Shown here piece by piece: positions 9,408 to 20,090 of a DNA stretch of 59,242 nucleotides. A model generated the notes under the pieces. The model saw nothing but the letters and a program-made list of their open reading frames with translations. It searched no databases and was not told the origin of the DNA. A program made the translations under genes and the position numbers. Location: positions 1 through 59,242 of the forward strand of contig DATAOR010000330.1 of the NCBI GenBank assembly GCA_036265635.1, given 5' to 3'. The stretch comes from Gemmatimonadales bacterium (GTDB lineage Bacteria; Gemmatimonadota; Gemmatimonadetes; Gemmatimonadales; GWC2-71-9). Every line of letters begins with the position of its first letter. Position 1 is the stretch's first letter.

Positions 9408-10985
9408 ATGATGAAGACCTTACCCCGGGCGCGCTGGGCGGCGCTCGCCTCGATCCTGATCCTCACCTTCCTGAGCGGCGGCTGGCTGCTCCGGCCCCGG
9501 CCGTCGGCCGAGGGCGGCGTCTACCAGCAGGCGCGCCTGTTCGAGGGGGTGGTCGGGGCGATCAATCGACACTACATCGACTCGCTCAGCGAGGGCGACC
9601 TGTACCAGCGGGCCGCCGATGCCCTGGTGGGTACCCTGCACGATCCCTACGCCGAACTGCTGATCAAGGACGCCTACCGCGACTACCAGCGGCAGATGGC
9701 CGGTACCGAAGTGGATCTCGAGCGCGGTCCGGCCGAGTCGGGCTGGGAAGGGCGCATGGACGGGAGCGTCATCGCGCCGGGCGATGAGGTCCTGAGCATC
9801 AACGGAGAGAGCACCAAGGGCTGGTCCGTCGACCGGGTGGACGAGGCGTTGCGCCGGGTCACCGGCCCGACCGTGACCGTGCTGGTCCGCCCCCGAGGCG
9901 GGGCCGACCCGGTGATCCGCCGGTTCACCCGGACCGAGGTGCACGTGTCGGCCGCGTCCCGCGGGCTGATGCTGACCGACCGGACCGGGTACATCGTGCT
10001 TCGCCGGATGAGCCAGGGCGCGGCCTCCGAGCTCCGGTCGGCCGTCGACACCCTGGTGGCTCAGGGCATGACGTCGCTGATCCTGGACCTTCGCTCCAAT
10101 CCCGGCGGCCTGATCCGCGAGGGCGTTGCCGTGGCCGGTCTGTTCCTTGAGCCGGGTGATACGGTGGCCACCTCCGTCGGGCGGTCGGCCCGGCGGACCA
10201 AGGCCTACCTGGCCGAAACGCCGGGCGGCTGGGACGACCTCCGCCTGGCCGTGCTGGTCAACCGGGGCACCGCCAGCTCGGCCGAGGTGGTGGCGGGCGC
10301 GCTGCAGGACCATGACCGGGCCGTGCTGGTGGGCACAGCGACCTACGGCAAGGGCGTGCTCCAGACCACCTACCCGATCGGGGACCAGGTGGCGCTCAAG
10401 CTGACCACTGCCCGCTGGTTTACGCCCAGCGGCCGGACCGTGCAGCGGCCCCGAGCCGACAGCGCCGGCGGGCCGGGCAACCGCCTGCCCAGCACGCGAC
10501 CCAACGTGTTCTACACCAGCGAAGGCCGGGTCGTGCCCGATGCCAGCGGCATCCTGCCCGACCTGCTGGTCCGCTCGGTCCCCCGCTCGGATGGCGAGCG
10601 GCTGCTGGCCTCGCGGCTGGGCAGCGAGATGAACCGGTTCCGCGACGTGGTCGCCGGCTACGCGGCCGAGGTCCGGGCCCAGCAGACCAGCCCGCTGGAA
10701 GGCGTCGCCGTGACGCCCGAGCGGCGCGACTCGCTGTTCGCCCGGCTCGAGGAGGCCGGGGTGCACCTCGATCGCGGGACCTACGACCTGGCGGGCAGTT
10801 ACATCACCGACCAGCTCGGCACCGAGCTGACCCGGGCCTTCTTCGGCACCGAATCGGCGCTTCGCCGGAAGACCGAGACCGACCGCCAGCTCCAGGCGGC
10901 CCTCCAGGTGATCCAGCGGGCCAAGAGCCAGGAGGATGTGCTGACGGCGGCGATGCGAGCTCAGCTCAGCGGCCGGGTGCGCTAG
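9408..10985 (+). CDS. S41 family C-terminal processing peptidase (tail-specific protease).
   Basis: An N-terminal signal/TM segment is followed by a PDZ-like segment (GDEVLSINGES). The catalytic region reads LILDLRSNPGGL ... LVNRGTASSAEVVAGALQD ... GTATYGKG. The start could be at 9390, 9408 or 9411. Confidence 0.85.
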   Translation: MMKTLPRARWAALASILILTFLSGGWLLRPRPSAEGGVYQQARLFEGVVGAINRHYIDSLSEGDLYQRAADALVGTLHDPYAELLIKDAYRDYQRQMAGTEVDLERGPAESGWEGRMDGSVIAPGDEVLSINGESTKGWSVDRVDEALRRVTGPTVTVLVRPRGGADPVIRRFTRTEVHVSAASRGLMLTDRTGYIVLRRMSQGAASELRSAVDTLVAQGMTSLILDLRSNPGGLIREGVAVAGLFLEPGDTVATSVGRSARRTKAYLAETPGGWDDLRLAVLVNRGTASSAEVVAGALQDHDRAVLVGTATYGKGVLQTTYPIGDQVALKLTTARWFTPSGRTVQRPRADSAGGPGNRLPSTRPNVFYTSEGRVVPDASGILPDLLVRSVPRSDGERLLASRLGSEMNRFRDVVAGYAAEVRAQQTSPLEGVAVTPERRDSLFARLEEAGVHLDRGTYDLAGSYITDQLGTELTRAFFGTESALRRKTETDRQLQAALQVIQRAKSQEDVLTAAMRAQLSGRVR

Positions 10986-10999
10986 GGGCAGACCCCAGG

Positions 11000-13900
11000 T
11001 CAGCCGGGAAGCGTGACCGTCACCGTGGTGCCCCGGCCCGCCTCGCTGGCCACGTCGATCCGCCCACCCCACCCCTCCACCAACCGCCGCACGATCGCCA
11101 GGCCCAGGCCCGACCCGCTGGTCGTGGTCGAGAATCGCGGCTCGAAGATCCGCGGCAGGAGCTCCGGGGCGATCCCCGAGCCGTCGTCCGCCACCTCGAT
11201 CCTGGCCGGGCCGACCGTCACGTCGACCAGCCGGGCGCCGGCGTTCCGGGCATTCTCCAGCAGGTTCACCACCACCTCCTGGACCTCGTCCGCCCGGGCA
11301 TCGCCCACCGCGCCGGGCTCACAGCGGAACCGCACCGCGCAGCCCTCCTCGGCCAGCTGGTAGAGCTGAATCACCTCCCCTACCACGACCCCCAGGTCGA
11401 TCCGGTCCAGCGGCTGGATATCCCCCGCCGGCGCGGCGAACCGGCTGAACGCCCGGGCGATGGTGTCGAGCCGGTCGATCTCGGCCAGCATCCGCTCGGC
11501 GGTTTCCTCGAGCGTCCGGTCGAAGTCTGGTGCCCCGTCGCGATAGACCCGGCGGAGGTGCTGCATCCCCAGCCGCATCGGAGTGAGCGGGTTCTTGATC
11601 TCGTGAGCCACCTGGCGGGCCATCTCGCCCCAGGCCAGCACCCGCTCGGCCCGGGAGACGTCGGTGACGTCGTTCAGGGCGATCACCACCCCACGGACCT
11701 CGGGCCCCAGCGAGCTGAGCTGGAACGAAATCCGCCGGCCGGCCACCTCGAGCTCGCCCGAGTCGGCGGCCGCGGGATCGAGCAGGAACCGGCGCACCGC
11801 TCCGGTGAGCGGCATCCAGCCGAGGCCGAGGCGGTCGAGCAGGGGCGATCCCTCGTCGAGCTCGGTGCCGATCAGCTCGACGGCCTGCCGGTTGGCGATC
11901 AGGACCCGCCCGTCCGGCGCCACCCCCACGACCCCGGTGGCGACCATCGCCAGCACCGCGGCCGTGCGCCGGCGCGCCTCCTCGAGCGCCTGCTGGCTGG
12001 TGCGAATGTCGGCCACCATGCGCTCGAAGGCGCCGAACACCGGCTGGAACTCGAGCGGCTGCGGGTCGTGGGGCGGCAACGGCTGGCCGCGGCCCACGGC
12101 CACCGCGCTCCGCCGGAGATCGGCCACCGGGCGCGAGAGCGCGCGCGAGGCGCTCTGGGCGCCCACCAGTGCCCCGGCGATCCCCGCCAGAGTCGACAGC
12201 AGCAGTACCAGCGCCAGATCCAGCTGCCGGACGGCCAGCGAGGCGTCGTCGGCCAGCTGAGGCGTCGCCAGCACCGCGATGTCACTCGGCCCGCCCGGCT
12301 GCAGCACCCGGTACCCCACCCGCTCGGCCAGGGCGGGAATGGACCCGTCTCGGGTAACCTCGAGATCGCCGCCCAGTGCCAGCGCCGTGTAGGCAGCGGG
12401 ATCCATCAGCGGCGCCATGACGCTCAGGTCCTCCAGCACCGGCGTGCTGGTGCCGACCAGCCGGCCGCCGAGGTACAGCGCCAGGTCGGCGTCGATCCGG
12501 CGGCTCAGCTCGCTCAACCGCTCGTCGGGCGCCGGCACCTCGCCCCGGATGCCCCCGCCCGCCGTGACCACGGCGTCGCGCAGCGTCTGGGTGATCAGGA
12601 GATCCCGGCTCCGGACCACCTCCTGCGCCAGCCGGGCGAAGCTCCAGGCGGCGAAACCGAGCGTCGGCAGCAGGAAGAAAGCGGCCAAGGCGCCCGCCAG
12701 CCGAATCCGGAACGAGCGCGCCAGGCTCCGCCACGGCAGCGGGCGGATCCGGAGGCCCGCGATCAGCTCGGCCGCTCGCCAGAGGAGCGCCAGGACCGCG
12801 ACATCCAGCAGCACGACCAGCACGCCGCGAACAAACAGCGGCACCGGGCCGCGCAGTTCGATGGCCGCATGAACCAGGCGGCGGCCCCCCGGGAGGTCGA
12901 AGGCGTACCCGTTTCTGACCGTCCAGCCCTCGCGGTGCCACCGCGGTGACGGGGTCGGCGCCGCCGGGTCCACCGGCGGGCTGAGACTGAGCCGGTAGAG
13001 CGGGGCTTGCCGGCTGCCCGGATCGAGCAGCCGCCCGACCCGGCTGGGCTGAACCAGGGCGGAGCGCGGACCCACGGCGGCCGTCAGCAGCTGGTCGCCC
13101 GGCAGGCGCACCAGCAGGACATAGTGCACGCCGGGCACGCGGAGCACCTGGCTCACGCGCAGCGAGTCGCCCGGCGGCAGGTCGCGCACCATGGTGGCCA
13201 CCAGTGACGGCGGCAGGTCGAGCGAGTCCAGCGGCAGCTCGTCGAGCAGTCCGCCCCCGCCGGACCAGAGCGCCAGCTGAGCGGGGTAGCCTTGGCCCCC
13301 GACCGACGAGCCGAGCCAGCGGGCGTACATGGCCGAGCCGCTCTCGGGTGGGGCAGTATGGCGGAGGGATTCCCCGAACCGCTCCAGCAGCGGCACCGCC
13401 AACGGGTCGGGCTCGTCGCCAAGGCGGGCCACGTCGCGCTGAGCCACCTGGACCCGCCCGGCCAGCTCCGCACCCCAGGTCACCAGCGCGCTCGAGCTCC
13501 CGGCCACGAGGGCGATGCCGATGATGGTGGCCCAGCGCGGCGCCGGCAGGGTCACCAGCAGCAGGGCCGGCGTCCAGAGAAAGGTGTACCAGTCGGGCCA
13601 GCCGCCCCGCGGGCTCCAGACCATCACCCCGACGGCCGAGGCCGCCAGCGCGATCCCCACCCCGAGAGCGATGCGGCCCCACCCCGGCGGCTCGGCTGCG
13701 GCGCCGCGGAACAGGGCTGCCGTCGGGACGATCAGCGACGCCGCCGCAACCATGAGCGCCAGTTGCCAACTGAGCCAGAGGCCGATGGAGACGCCATCGG
13801 CGGGCGGGGTGATGCCCCGGCCCAGACTGCTGATCAGATAGGGCGACGCCAGCAGCAGCGCGCCCCCGAGCGCGATGCCGTACCAGCGGCGGGGCCACCG

Positions 13901-14935
13901 TTGGCCCCAGAGCCAGATGCCTCCGATGGTGAGCAGGGTACCGGTCAGCGCCAGCACACCGGCAGAACCCGACAGGGGGCCCAGCAGCGGACGGAAAAAG
14001 GTGGCCGGTGAAAACAGCGGCGCCAGTCCGAGGGCCGGGCCGACCGGAGCCCGCACGGCCAGCCAGACGAGCCCGGCCAGCAGCGCGATTCGCTCGAGGG
14101 GCCGCGCCGCCACGCCAAGCCCGAAGGCGAGCAGGGCGAGGATCAGCCATGTCGCCAGACGGCTGCCCCGCGCGAACACCAGTTGCTTGGCGATACCTTG
14201 CTCGGGCGGGATCGGCTGCACGCTGAAGAGCAGGCGGGGGCCCGCGGTCGTCGGCTCCTCGTAGTCGAACACGTCGGCGCCGTCGGGCGCGGCGTCGGGC
14301 GGGTAGACGGTGAGGCCGACCTCGGTCCTGGCCCGGAACAGTTCGGCCAGGCTGCGGCCCCGGTCGGGCACTGCCGGATGGGCCCAGATCAGGACCCCGG
14401 CCACGGCCACTCGGCCGTCGGCACTGTGGCGCCTGGCCTCGAGCACCACGTAATATCCAGTCGCCCGCGAGCCGACCGAGTCGCCCCCGGCGAGGGGGGC
14501 CAGCCGGTGCCGGCCGGCCCAGGCCCACGGCCGGCCGCCCTGGTCGAGGATGACGACGCTCATCTCGGGGCCGGCCGAGGGCACCAGCTGGCCCAGCGTG
14601 GTGAAGGCCGCGGCCCGATCCTCGGCCGGCGTCGCGGCGGCCTCGGCGGCGAGCTGCTCGGCCCGGTGGTAGGCGGCGTGGAGATCGCCGGCGAGCCTTT
14701 CGGAGGCGGCGGTCACGCGCTGCTGGCGCTGCTCGGGCCAGCGCCGTTCGATCGCCGTCAGCCTGACCTGAGCCAGCGCCAGCGAAGCTACCAGCCCCGT
14801 CGCGGCCAGGAGCAGTCCCCGTCGGCGCCATCCGGCGACGGGGCGGAGGCCGATCCCGAGGGCGACGCTGGCGGCCCCGGCCGCGAGGGCCCAGCCCCAT
14901 GCCGGTTGCCGCAGCCATTCGGCAGCCGAGCCCAT
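11000..14935 (-). CDS. Very large sensor histidine kinase with an NtrY-like transmitter. Two large extracytoplasmic regions and multiple TM clusters are followed by HAMP, PAS, HisKA and HATPase domains.
   Basis: The H-box is HEIKNPLTPMRLGMQHL, the N-box is VVNLLENARNAG, and the G-boxes are ADDGSGI and GSGLGLAIVRRL. I took the ATG start at MGSAAEWL. GTG codons at 14953 and 14956 are alternative starts. Confidence 0.85.
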   Translation of the reverse strand: MGSAAEWLRQPAWGWALAAGAASVALGIGLRPVAGWRRRGLLLAATGLVASLALAQVRLTAIERRWPEQRQQRVTAASERLAGDLHAAYHRAEQLAAEAAATPAEDRAAAFTTLGQLVPSAGPEMSVVILDQGGRPWAWAGRHRLAPLAGGDSVGSRATGYYVVLEARRHSADGRVAVAGVLIWAHPAVPDRGRSLAELFRARTEVGLTVYPPDAAPDGADVFDYEEPTTAGPRLLFSVQPIPPEQGIAKQLVFARGSRLATWLILALLAFGLGVAARPLERIALLAGLVWLAVRAPVGPALGLAPLFSPATFFRPLLGPLSGSAGVLALTGTLLTIGGIWLWGQRWPRRWYGIALGGALLLASPYLISSLGRGITPPADGVSIGLWLSWQLALMVAAASLIVPTAALFRGAAAEPPGWGRIALGVGIALAASAVGVMVWSPRGGWPDWYTFLWTPALLLVTLPAPRWATIIGIALVAGSSSALVTWGAELAGRVQVAQRDVARLGDEPDPLAVPLLERFGESLRHTAPPESGSAMYARWLGSSVGGQGYPAQLALWSGGGGLLDELPLDSLDLPPSLVATMVRDLPPGDSLRVSQVLRVPGVHYVLLVRLPGDQLLTAAVGPRSALVQPSRVGRLLDPGSRQAPLYRLSLSPPVDPAAPTPSPRWHREGWTVRNGYAFDLPGGRRLVHAAIELRGPVPLFVRGVLVVLLDVAVLALLWRAAELIAGLRIRPLPWRSLARSFRIRLAGALAAFFLLPTLGFAAWSFARLAQEVVRSRDLLITQTLRDAVVTAGGGIRGEVPAPDERLSELSRRIDADLALYLGGRLVGTSTPVLEDLSVMAPLMDPAAYTALALGGDLEVTRDGSIPALAERVGYRVLQPGGPSDIAVLATPQLADDASLAVRQLDLALVLLLSTLAGIAGALVGAQSASRALSRPVADLRRSAVAVGRGQPLPPHDPQPLEFQPVFGAFERMVADIRTSQQALEEARRRTAAVLAMVATGVVGVAPDGRVLIANRQAVELIGTELDEGSPLLDRLGLGWMPLTGAVRRFLLDPAAADSGELEVAGRRISFQLSSLGPEVRGVVIALNDVTDVSRAERVLAWGEMARQVAHEIKNPLTPMRLGMQHLRRVYRDGAPDFDRTLEETAERMLAEIDRLDTIARAFSRFAAPAGDIQPLDRIDLGVVVGEVIQLYQLAEEGCAVRFRCEPGAVGDARADEVQEVVVNLLENARNAGARLVDVTVGPARIEVADDGSGIAPELLPRIFEPRFSTTTSGSGLGLAIVRRLVEGWGGRIDVASEAGRGTTVTVTLPG

Positions 14936-14974
14936 CGCGGCGAGGGCCGCCACCACCCACCACCACGGCCCCCT

Positions 14975-15694
14975 ATGACTCAATCCGGCCAGCCCTGGCG
15001 CATCAAGGAGATGTCTCCCGGCGCCGTGCGCGACCGGCTGTTGGAGCGGCCGGCCCTGGTCATGCCGGTCGGGACGACCGAGCAGCACGGCCCGCACCTG
15101 CCGCTGGGCTGCGACACGCTCATCGTCGAGCGTCTCGCCGACGATCTGTCGGCCGAGTTCGGCATGCTCCGGGCTCCCACCCTCGAGTTCGGCGTCCACG
15201 CCCCATCCAAGGCCTTTCCTGGAGGCGCGTCACTGCGACGCCGCACGCTGCATCGGGTCATGAACGAACTTATCGAGTCCTGGGAGGAGGGGGCAGGCGT
15301 CCGCGAGTTCCTCATTCTGACGGCCCAGGCCAGCGACGCCCACCTCGAGGCCTTGAGCACGATCCGGACCGACGGCGCCCGGGTCCAAGTGTTCGACGTC
15401 TTCAGCCTCGAGTTCGGTCCCCTGCTGGAACAGCCCGGCGCGCCGATCCAGGGAGGCGAGCTGGACACTTCCCTGCTCCTCTACGTGGCGCCGTCGGTGG
15501 TCCACATGGAACTGGCCCAGGACTTCGCGGTCACGCCGGGCATGCTCAAGCGCTATCGCCCCGGCCACAGCCGGCGGCTGCCCGACGGGTCGCCCGGATC
15601 GATCGGTTTCCCCAGCCTGGCGTCCGCCCAAAAAGGCGAGCTGCTGTATAGATTCATCCTCGATCAGATCCGGAGTTGTCTCACGGTTCCGTGA
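14975..15694 (+). CDS. Creatininase/amidase family protein.
   Basis: The sequence reads ALVMPVGTTEQHGPHLPLGCDTLI ... GGELDTS, which matches creatinine amidohydrolase family landmarks. The alternative start at 15011 is preceded by AAGGAG. Confidence 0.8.
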   Translation: MTQSGQPWRIKEMSPGAVRDRLLERPALVMPVGTTEQHGPHLPLGCDTLIVERLADDLSAEFGMLRAPTLEFGVHAPSKAFPGGASLRRRTLHRVMNELIESWEEGAGVREFLILTAQASDAHLEALSTIRTDGARVQVFDVFSLEFGPLLEQPGAPIQGGELDTSLLLYVAPSVVHMELAQDFAVTPGMLKRYRPGHSRRLPDGSPGSIGFPSLASAQKGELLYRFILDQIRSCLTVP

Positions 15695-15714
15695 GGCCGT
15701 CGAGAGGAGTGCCG

Positions 15715-16362
15715 ATGCGGAGCGCAGCACTGCTGGTCATGCTGCTGCCCGTCCTGCCGGCGGCCGCCCAGGAGCCGCTGGAGACCAAGCTGGTGGTCAC
15801 GCAGGACGGGCACGAAATCGGTCGGGAGGACTTTACCCTCCGCGCGACCCGTGCCCGCGGCCTGCCGGGCAGCACCATCATCGCGGCCGCCCGCTACCCC
15901 GCTACCGGCCCCACGACGCGGCTTGCCGCCACGCTGGAGCGCACCCCCGACACCGCCCTCGCGAAATTCCAGCTGGACGTCGAGAGCTCCGGGGCGGTCA
16001 CGGTGATCCTGGCGGCGGGCTCGGGCGCGCGGCTGATCGTCCGGACTGTGGCCAAGGGATCGGAATCGGGCCGCGAGCTCCCGGGCGGGCCGGACGTGGT
16101 CCTGCTCGACGACGCCGTCTTCGCCCTCTACAACCCGGTGGCCGAGCTGGCGACGCCGGCCGGGCGCAACCTGACCGGCATCTTTCCCCGAACCGGCAAG
16201 CGGGCCAGCTTCACCGCCCGCCGGGAGTCGGGCCGCGCCGGCGGGGCGGGCCGGGTGAGCCTCAGCGGCGACATCAGCGGGATCATCGTGACCGACGGCC
16301 AGGGCCGGCTCGAACGGCTCGAGCTGCCGGCCAGCCACACCGTAGTCACCCGGGCCGAGTAG
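15715..16362 (+). CDS. Secreted hypothetical protein.
   Basis: The start MRSAALLVMLLPVLPAAAQEP is a signal peptide and is preceded by GAGGAG. I recognise no family motif. Confidence 0.55.
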   Translation: MRSAALLVMLLPVLPAAAQEPLETKLVVTQDGHEIGREDFTLRATRARGLPGSTIIAAARYPATGPTTRLAATLERTPDTALAKFQLDVESSGAVTVILAAGSGARLIVRTVAKGSESGRELPGGPDVVLLDDAVFALYNPVAELATPAGRNLTGIFPRTGKRASFTARRESGRAGGAGRVSLSGDISGIIVTDGQGRLERLELPASHTVVTRAE

Positions 16363-16483
16363 CACCCCCCTGACATTGCTGCCGCACATTCCTGGATTGG
16401 ACGGATCGTCGCAACCTGAAACCTCGGCGGCGAGGGCCCCGTATTAGGGCCCGGCCACCTCACCACCCTCGGGGACATCGCCC

Positions 16484-18106
16484 ATGAACCGTTGGCTCGC
16501 CATGCTGGCGTCCCTCGCGCTGCTCGCCTTCCGCCCGGCCCCGGCCCCGGCTCAGGATACGACGCGAACGGGCCGATCCGCGGCCGATACGGCGACAGCC
16601 GCCCCGCCCAGGCCCGCCCCTGCGGTCGCCGCGCCCAATCCGGCCGCGGATGCCGTGGCGGGAGCTCAGCCCGCCCCCACCGTGACGCTGTCGCTGGCCG
16701 AGGCGCTGGGACAGGCCAGAGCCCACAGCCCGACCTATCAGCAGACACTCAATGATGCCGGGCCGGCCAAATGGGGCGTCCGGAACGCCTACGGCAACCT
16801 GCTCCCTGGTGTCAGTGTCGGGTCGGACCTGGGGTATACCGGGAGCGGACAATCCAACTTCGGCGGAGGCTTCACCCGCCCGACTTCGGCGTTCGTCACC
16901 TCCAGCTACGACCTCAGCCTCCAATGGCAGCTGGACGGGCGGACGCTGAGCGCCCCGGCGGAACAGAAGGCGCTCCAGCGGGCCACCGATGAAGACATCA
17001 GTGGCGCGGGCGTCCTGCTCCGCGCCGAGATCACCGATCAGTACCTGACCACGCGCCAGGCGACGGCGCAGGTGGCGGTGGCCCGCCAGCAGGTCGCCCG
17101 CAATGCCGACTTCCTGACCCTGGCCCAGGCGCGCTACCAGGTCGGGCAGGCCACCCTGCTCGATGTCCGCCAGGCCGAGGTCGCCAAGGGGCAGAGCGAC
17201 GTCGCCCTGCTGCGGGCGATCCAGACCGAGAACGAGGCCAAGCTCGAGCTGCTGCGGCGGATGGGCGTCGAGCCGCCGGTGGAGGTGGATCGCATCGCCC
17301 TGAGCGACTCGTTCCCGGTGACCGAGCCCGCCTTCCAGCTCGATTCCCTGCTGGCCCTGGCCGATCAGCAGAACCCGACGCTCCGCTCGCTGCGGGCGCG
17401 GCAGTCGGCCGCGTCGGTCGCGGTCCGCTCGGCCAAGAGCGAGTTTCTGCCGACGCTGTCGGCTCGGGCGGGTTGGAGCGGGTTCACCCAGCAGTTCACC
17501 AACGACAATTTCCTGATCGGCCAGACCCTGAGCGATGCCCAGGGTGCCGCGGCCAGCTGTCAGTCCAACAACGAGGTTCGCGCCGCGGTGGGGCTCCCGG
17601 TCAACGAATGCTTCGCCTCCAACGGGCTCGATCCCAGCGGCACCGCCCTGCTCGACCCGGTCGCCCGCCAGATCCGCAGCGCGAACAACGTCTTTCCGTT
17701 CGACTACACCGGCCAGCCGTTCCAGGCCAGCCTGCGGATCTCGCTCCCGATCTTCACCGGGTTCGGGCGCTCGCTCCGGCTGTCGCAGGCCCGGGCCCAG
17801 GAGCAGGACGCCGACGAGAGCGCCCGGGCCCGCCGGCTGCAGGTCCGAAGCGACGTGCATGCCCGGTGGCTCGGCCTGCAGACCAGCTATCGGGCGATCG
17901 CGGTCCAGGCCGCCAACCGGGAGGCGGCGCGGGACCAGCTCCGGCTGGCCCAGGACCGCTATCGCCTCGGCGCCGGCACCTCGCTCGAGGTGTCGGACGC
18001 GCAGAACGCCGTTCAGCGGGCCGAAGGCGATTACGTGAATGCGGTGTACGACTATCACAAGGCGGTGGCGGCGCTCGAGGCCGCGGTCGGCCGCCCTCTT
18101 CGCTAA
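16484..18106 (+). CDS. TolC-family outer-membrane efflux protein.
   Basis: A signal peptide (MNRWLAMLASLALLAF) is followed by LSLAEALGQARAHSPTYQ. The repeated coiled-coil/barrel halves carry Q-x-V-A-x-AR and AQDRYRLGAGTSLEV motifs. Confidence 0.85.
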   Translation: MNRWLAMLASLALLAFRPAPAPAQDTTRTGRSAADTATAAPPRPAPAVAAPNPAADAVAGAQPAPTVTLSLAEALGQARAHSPTYQQTLNDAGPAKWGVRNAYGNLLPGVSVGSDLGYTGSGQSNFGGGFTRPTSAFVTSSYDLSLQWQLDGRTLSAPAEQKALQRATDEDISGAGVLLRAEITDQYLTTRQATAQVAVARQQVARNADFLTLAQARYQVGQATLLDVRQAEVAKGQSDVALLRAIQTENEAKLELLRRMGVEPPVEVDRIALSDSFPVTEPAFQLDSLLALADQQNPTLRSLRARQSAASVAVRSAKSEFLPTLSARAGWSGFTQQFTNDNFLIGQTLSDAQGAAASCQSNNEVRAAVGLPVNECFASNGLDPSGTALLDPVARQIRSANNVFPFDYTGQPFQASLRISLPIFTGFGRSLRLSQARAQEQDADESARARRLQVRSDVHARWLGLQTSYRAIAVQAANREAARDQLRLAQDRYRLGAGTSLEVSDAQNAVQRAEGDYVNAVYDYHKAVAALEAAVGRPLR

Positions 18107-18119
18107 CCGAGGATCGGAC

Positions 18120-19394
18120 ATGTCGCGTGGGATGAAGATCGGGCTGGTCGTGGTCGGGCTGCTGGCACTCACCGGCGGAGGGATCGCCTACCGGGTGCAG
18201 CAGAAGAAGAAGGCCGGCACCGAGGTGCGCATGGAACAGGTGAGGCGGCGCGACCTGGTCAGCGCGGTGACCGCCAGCGGGAAGATCGAGGCCAAGACCG
18301 CGGTCGACATCAGCGCGGACATCACCGGCCGAATCATCCGGCTGGCGGTCCGCGAGGGTGACCTGGTGACCAAGGGCCAGTTCCTGATCCAGATCGACCC
18401 GGCCCAGTACCAGGCCGCGGTGTCGCGGGCCCAGGGCCTGGTGTCCTCCACCGAGGCCACGCTGGCGCAGGCGAGGGCCAATCTGGATCAGGCGGAGCGG
18501 GCCTGGAACCGGGCTCGCCAGCTGACCCAGCTGGGCCCCAACCTGATTGCCCCCGAGGCCGCCGAGCAGGCCCGGACCTCCTACGACGTGGCTCAGGCCA
18601 CCTGGCAGGCCACCCGGGCGCAGCTGGAGCAATCCCGGGCCAGCCTCCAAGAGGCCCGCGACAATCTGTCCAAGACCCGGCTGACCTCGCCGATCGCCGG
18701 CCGGGTGGTTCGCCTGGCGGTGGAGGAGGGCGAGGTGGCGGTGCCGGGGACGTTTTCCCGCGAGACCGGCCTGCTCATGACCATCGCGGACCTGTCCGTC
18801 ATCCTGGCCAAGGTGCAGGTGGACGAGACCGACGTGGTCCGCCTGGCGCCCAACGACTCGGTCCAGGTGACGATCGATGCCTACCCCGACACCTCCTTCC
18901 TGGGCCGGGTGACCGAGATCAGCCACAGCGCCAAGCTGACCGAGACCCAGACGGCCAGCGGGTCGAACGACCGGGCGGTGGACTTCGACGTCGAAGTCAC
19001 CCTGGATAACCCGCCGCGCGACATCCGACCCGACCTGAGCTGCACCGCCCGCATGGTGACGGATACCAGGGCCAACGCCCTCAGCATCCCGATCATCGCG
19101 CTCACCGTCCGGGACCACGAGCGGGTACCCAGCGAGAACCCCAACGTGGACACCACCAAGCTCAAGCGGCTGGGCAAGGAGGCCGAGGGGGTGTTCGTGG
19201 TCCGGAACAATCTGGCCACTTTCCGGCCGGTGAAGGTCGGGATTGCCGGGGACGAGTACTTCGAGGTGGTCAGCGGCCTGCGCGAGGGCGAGACCATCGT
19301 GGCCGGCACCTTCCAGGCCATCCGCGACCTCAAGGACGGGGGCCGGGTGAGCCAGGCCGACACCACCAAGGCCAAGAAGGACACCGAGACATGA
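18120..19394 (+). CDS. macA: Periplasmic adaptor (membrane fusion protein) of the HlyD/MacA family.
   Basis: The start [17 protein letters not shown] follows GAGGAT. A lipoyl-like motif ([36 protein letters not shown]) is followed by a long coiled coil. Its stop overlaps the ATPase start as ATGA. Confidence 0.85.
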   Translation: MSRGMKIGLVVVGLLALTGGGIAYRVQQKKKAGTEVRMEQVRRRDLVSAVTASGKIEAKTAVDISADITGRIIRLAVREGDLVTKGQFLIQIDPAQYQAAVSRAQGLVSSTEATLAQARANLDQAERAWNRARQLTQLGPNLIAPEAAEQARTSYDVAQATWQATRAQLEQSRASLQEARDNLSKTRLTSPIAGRVVRLAVEEGEVAVPGTFSRETGLLMTIADLSVILAKVQVDETDVVRLAPNDSVQVTIDAYPDTSFLGRVTEISHSAKLTETQTASGSNDRAVDFDVEVTLDNPPRDIRPDLSCTARMVTDTRANALSIPIIALTVRDHERVPSENPNVDTTKLKRLGKEAEGVFVVRNNLATFRPVKVGIAGDEYFEVVSGLREGETIVAGTFQAIRDLKDGGRVSQADTTKAKKDTET

Positions 19395-20089
19395 GCGAGG
19401 TGATCCGGATCCGGGAGCTGACCCGGGAGTATCAGATGGGCGAGGAGCGGATCTTGGCGCTCCGCGGCGTCACCCTGGATATCCGGCGGAACGAGTACGT
19501 CGCCATCATGGGCCCGTCCGGCTCGGGCAAATCGACCATGATGAACCTGCTCGGCTGCCTCGACACCCCGTCGGGCGGCGAGTACTGGCTCAACGGCGAA
19601 GAGGTGTCGCGGCTGACGGACGACGCCCTGGCCCGGGTGCGGAACCGCGAGATCGGCTTCGTGTTCCAGACCTTCAACCTGCTGCCCCACGCCACGGCCC
19701 TGCACAACGTGGAGCTGCCGCTGGTCTATGCCGGCCTCCGGGCCAGAGAAAGGCGGGAGCGGGCCGCCGCCGCGCTCGCCCGGGTCGGCCTCGAGCACCG
19801 GATGGACCACCGGCCGAACGAATTGTCGGGCGGCCAGCGGCAGCGGGTGGCCATCGCCCGGGCGCTGGTCAATACGCCCTCCATCCTGCTGGCCGACGAG
19901 CCGACCGGCAACCTCGACAGCGTCACCAGCGAGGAGATCATGCGGGTGTTCGCCGACCTGCATGCCGCGGGGCAGACCGTCATCATGGTGACGCACGAGG
20001 CCGATATCGCGGCCCACGCGGAGCGGGTGGTGGTGCTCCGCGACGGGCGAGTCGAAAGCGACCGGCTGACCCGGGGCGCCGCCGCCTAG
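19391..20089 (+). CDS. ABC transporter ATP-binding protein of the MacB/LolD type. It is a stand-alone NBD.
   Basis: Walker A is GPSGSGKST, the Q-loop is present, the signature is [15 protein letters not shown], Walker B is [12 protein letters not shown] and the H-loop is VTHE. Confidence 0.9.
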   Translation: MSEVIRIRELTREYQMGEERILALRGVTLDIRRNEYVAIMGPSGSGKSTMMNLLGCLDTPSGGEYWLNGEEVSRLTDDALARVRNREIGFVFQTFNLLPHATALHNVELPLVYAGLRARERRERAAAALARVGLEHRMDHRPNELSGGQRQRVAIARALVNTPSILLADEPTGNLDSVTSEEIMRVFADLHAAGQTVIMVTHEADIAAHAERVVVLRDGRVESDRLTRGAAA

Positions 20090-20090
20090 C

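Noticed and set aside
16397-16413. A sigma54 -24/-12 look-alike, TTGGACGGATCGTCGCAA, about 70 bp upstream of the TolC-family gene.
   Set aside because: The GG-N10-GC spacing is correct, but 4 of about 13 defined consensus positions mismatch (GGACGG instead of GGCACG, and TCGC instead of TTGC). GG-N10-GC occurs by chance very often at this GC content. It is not supportable without a genome-specific model.
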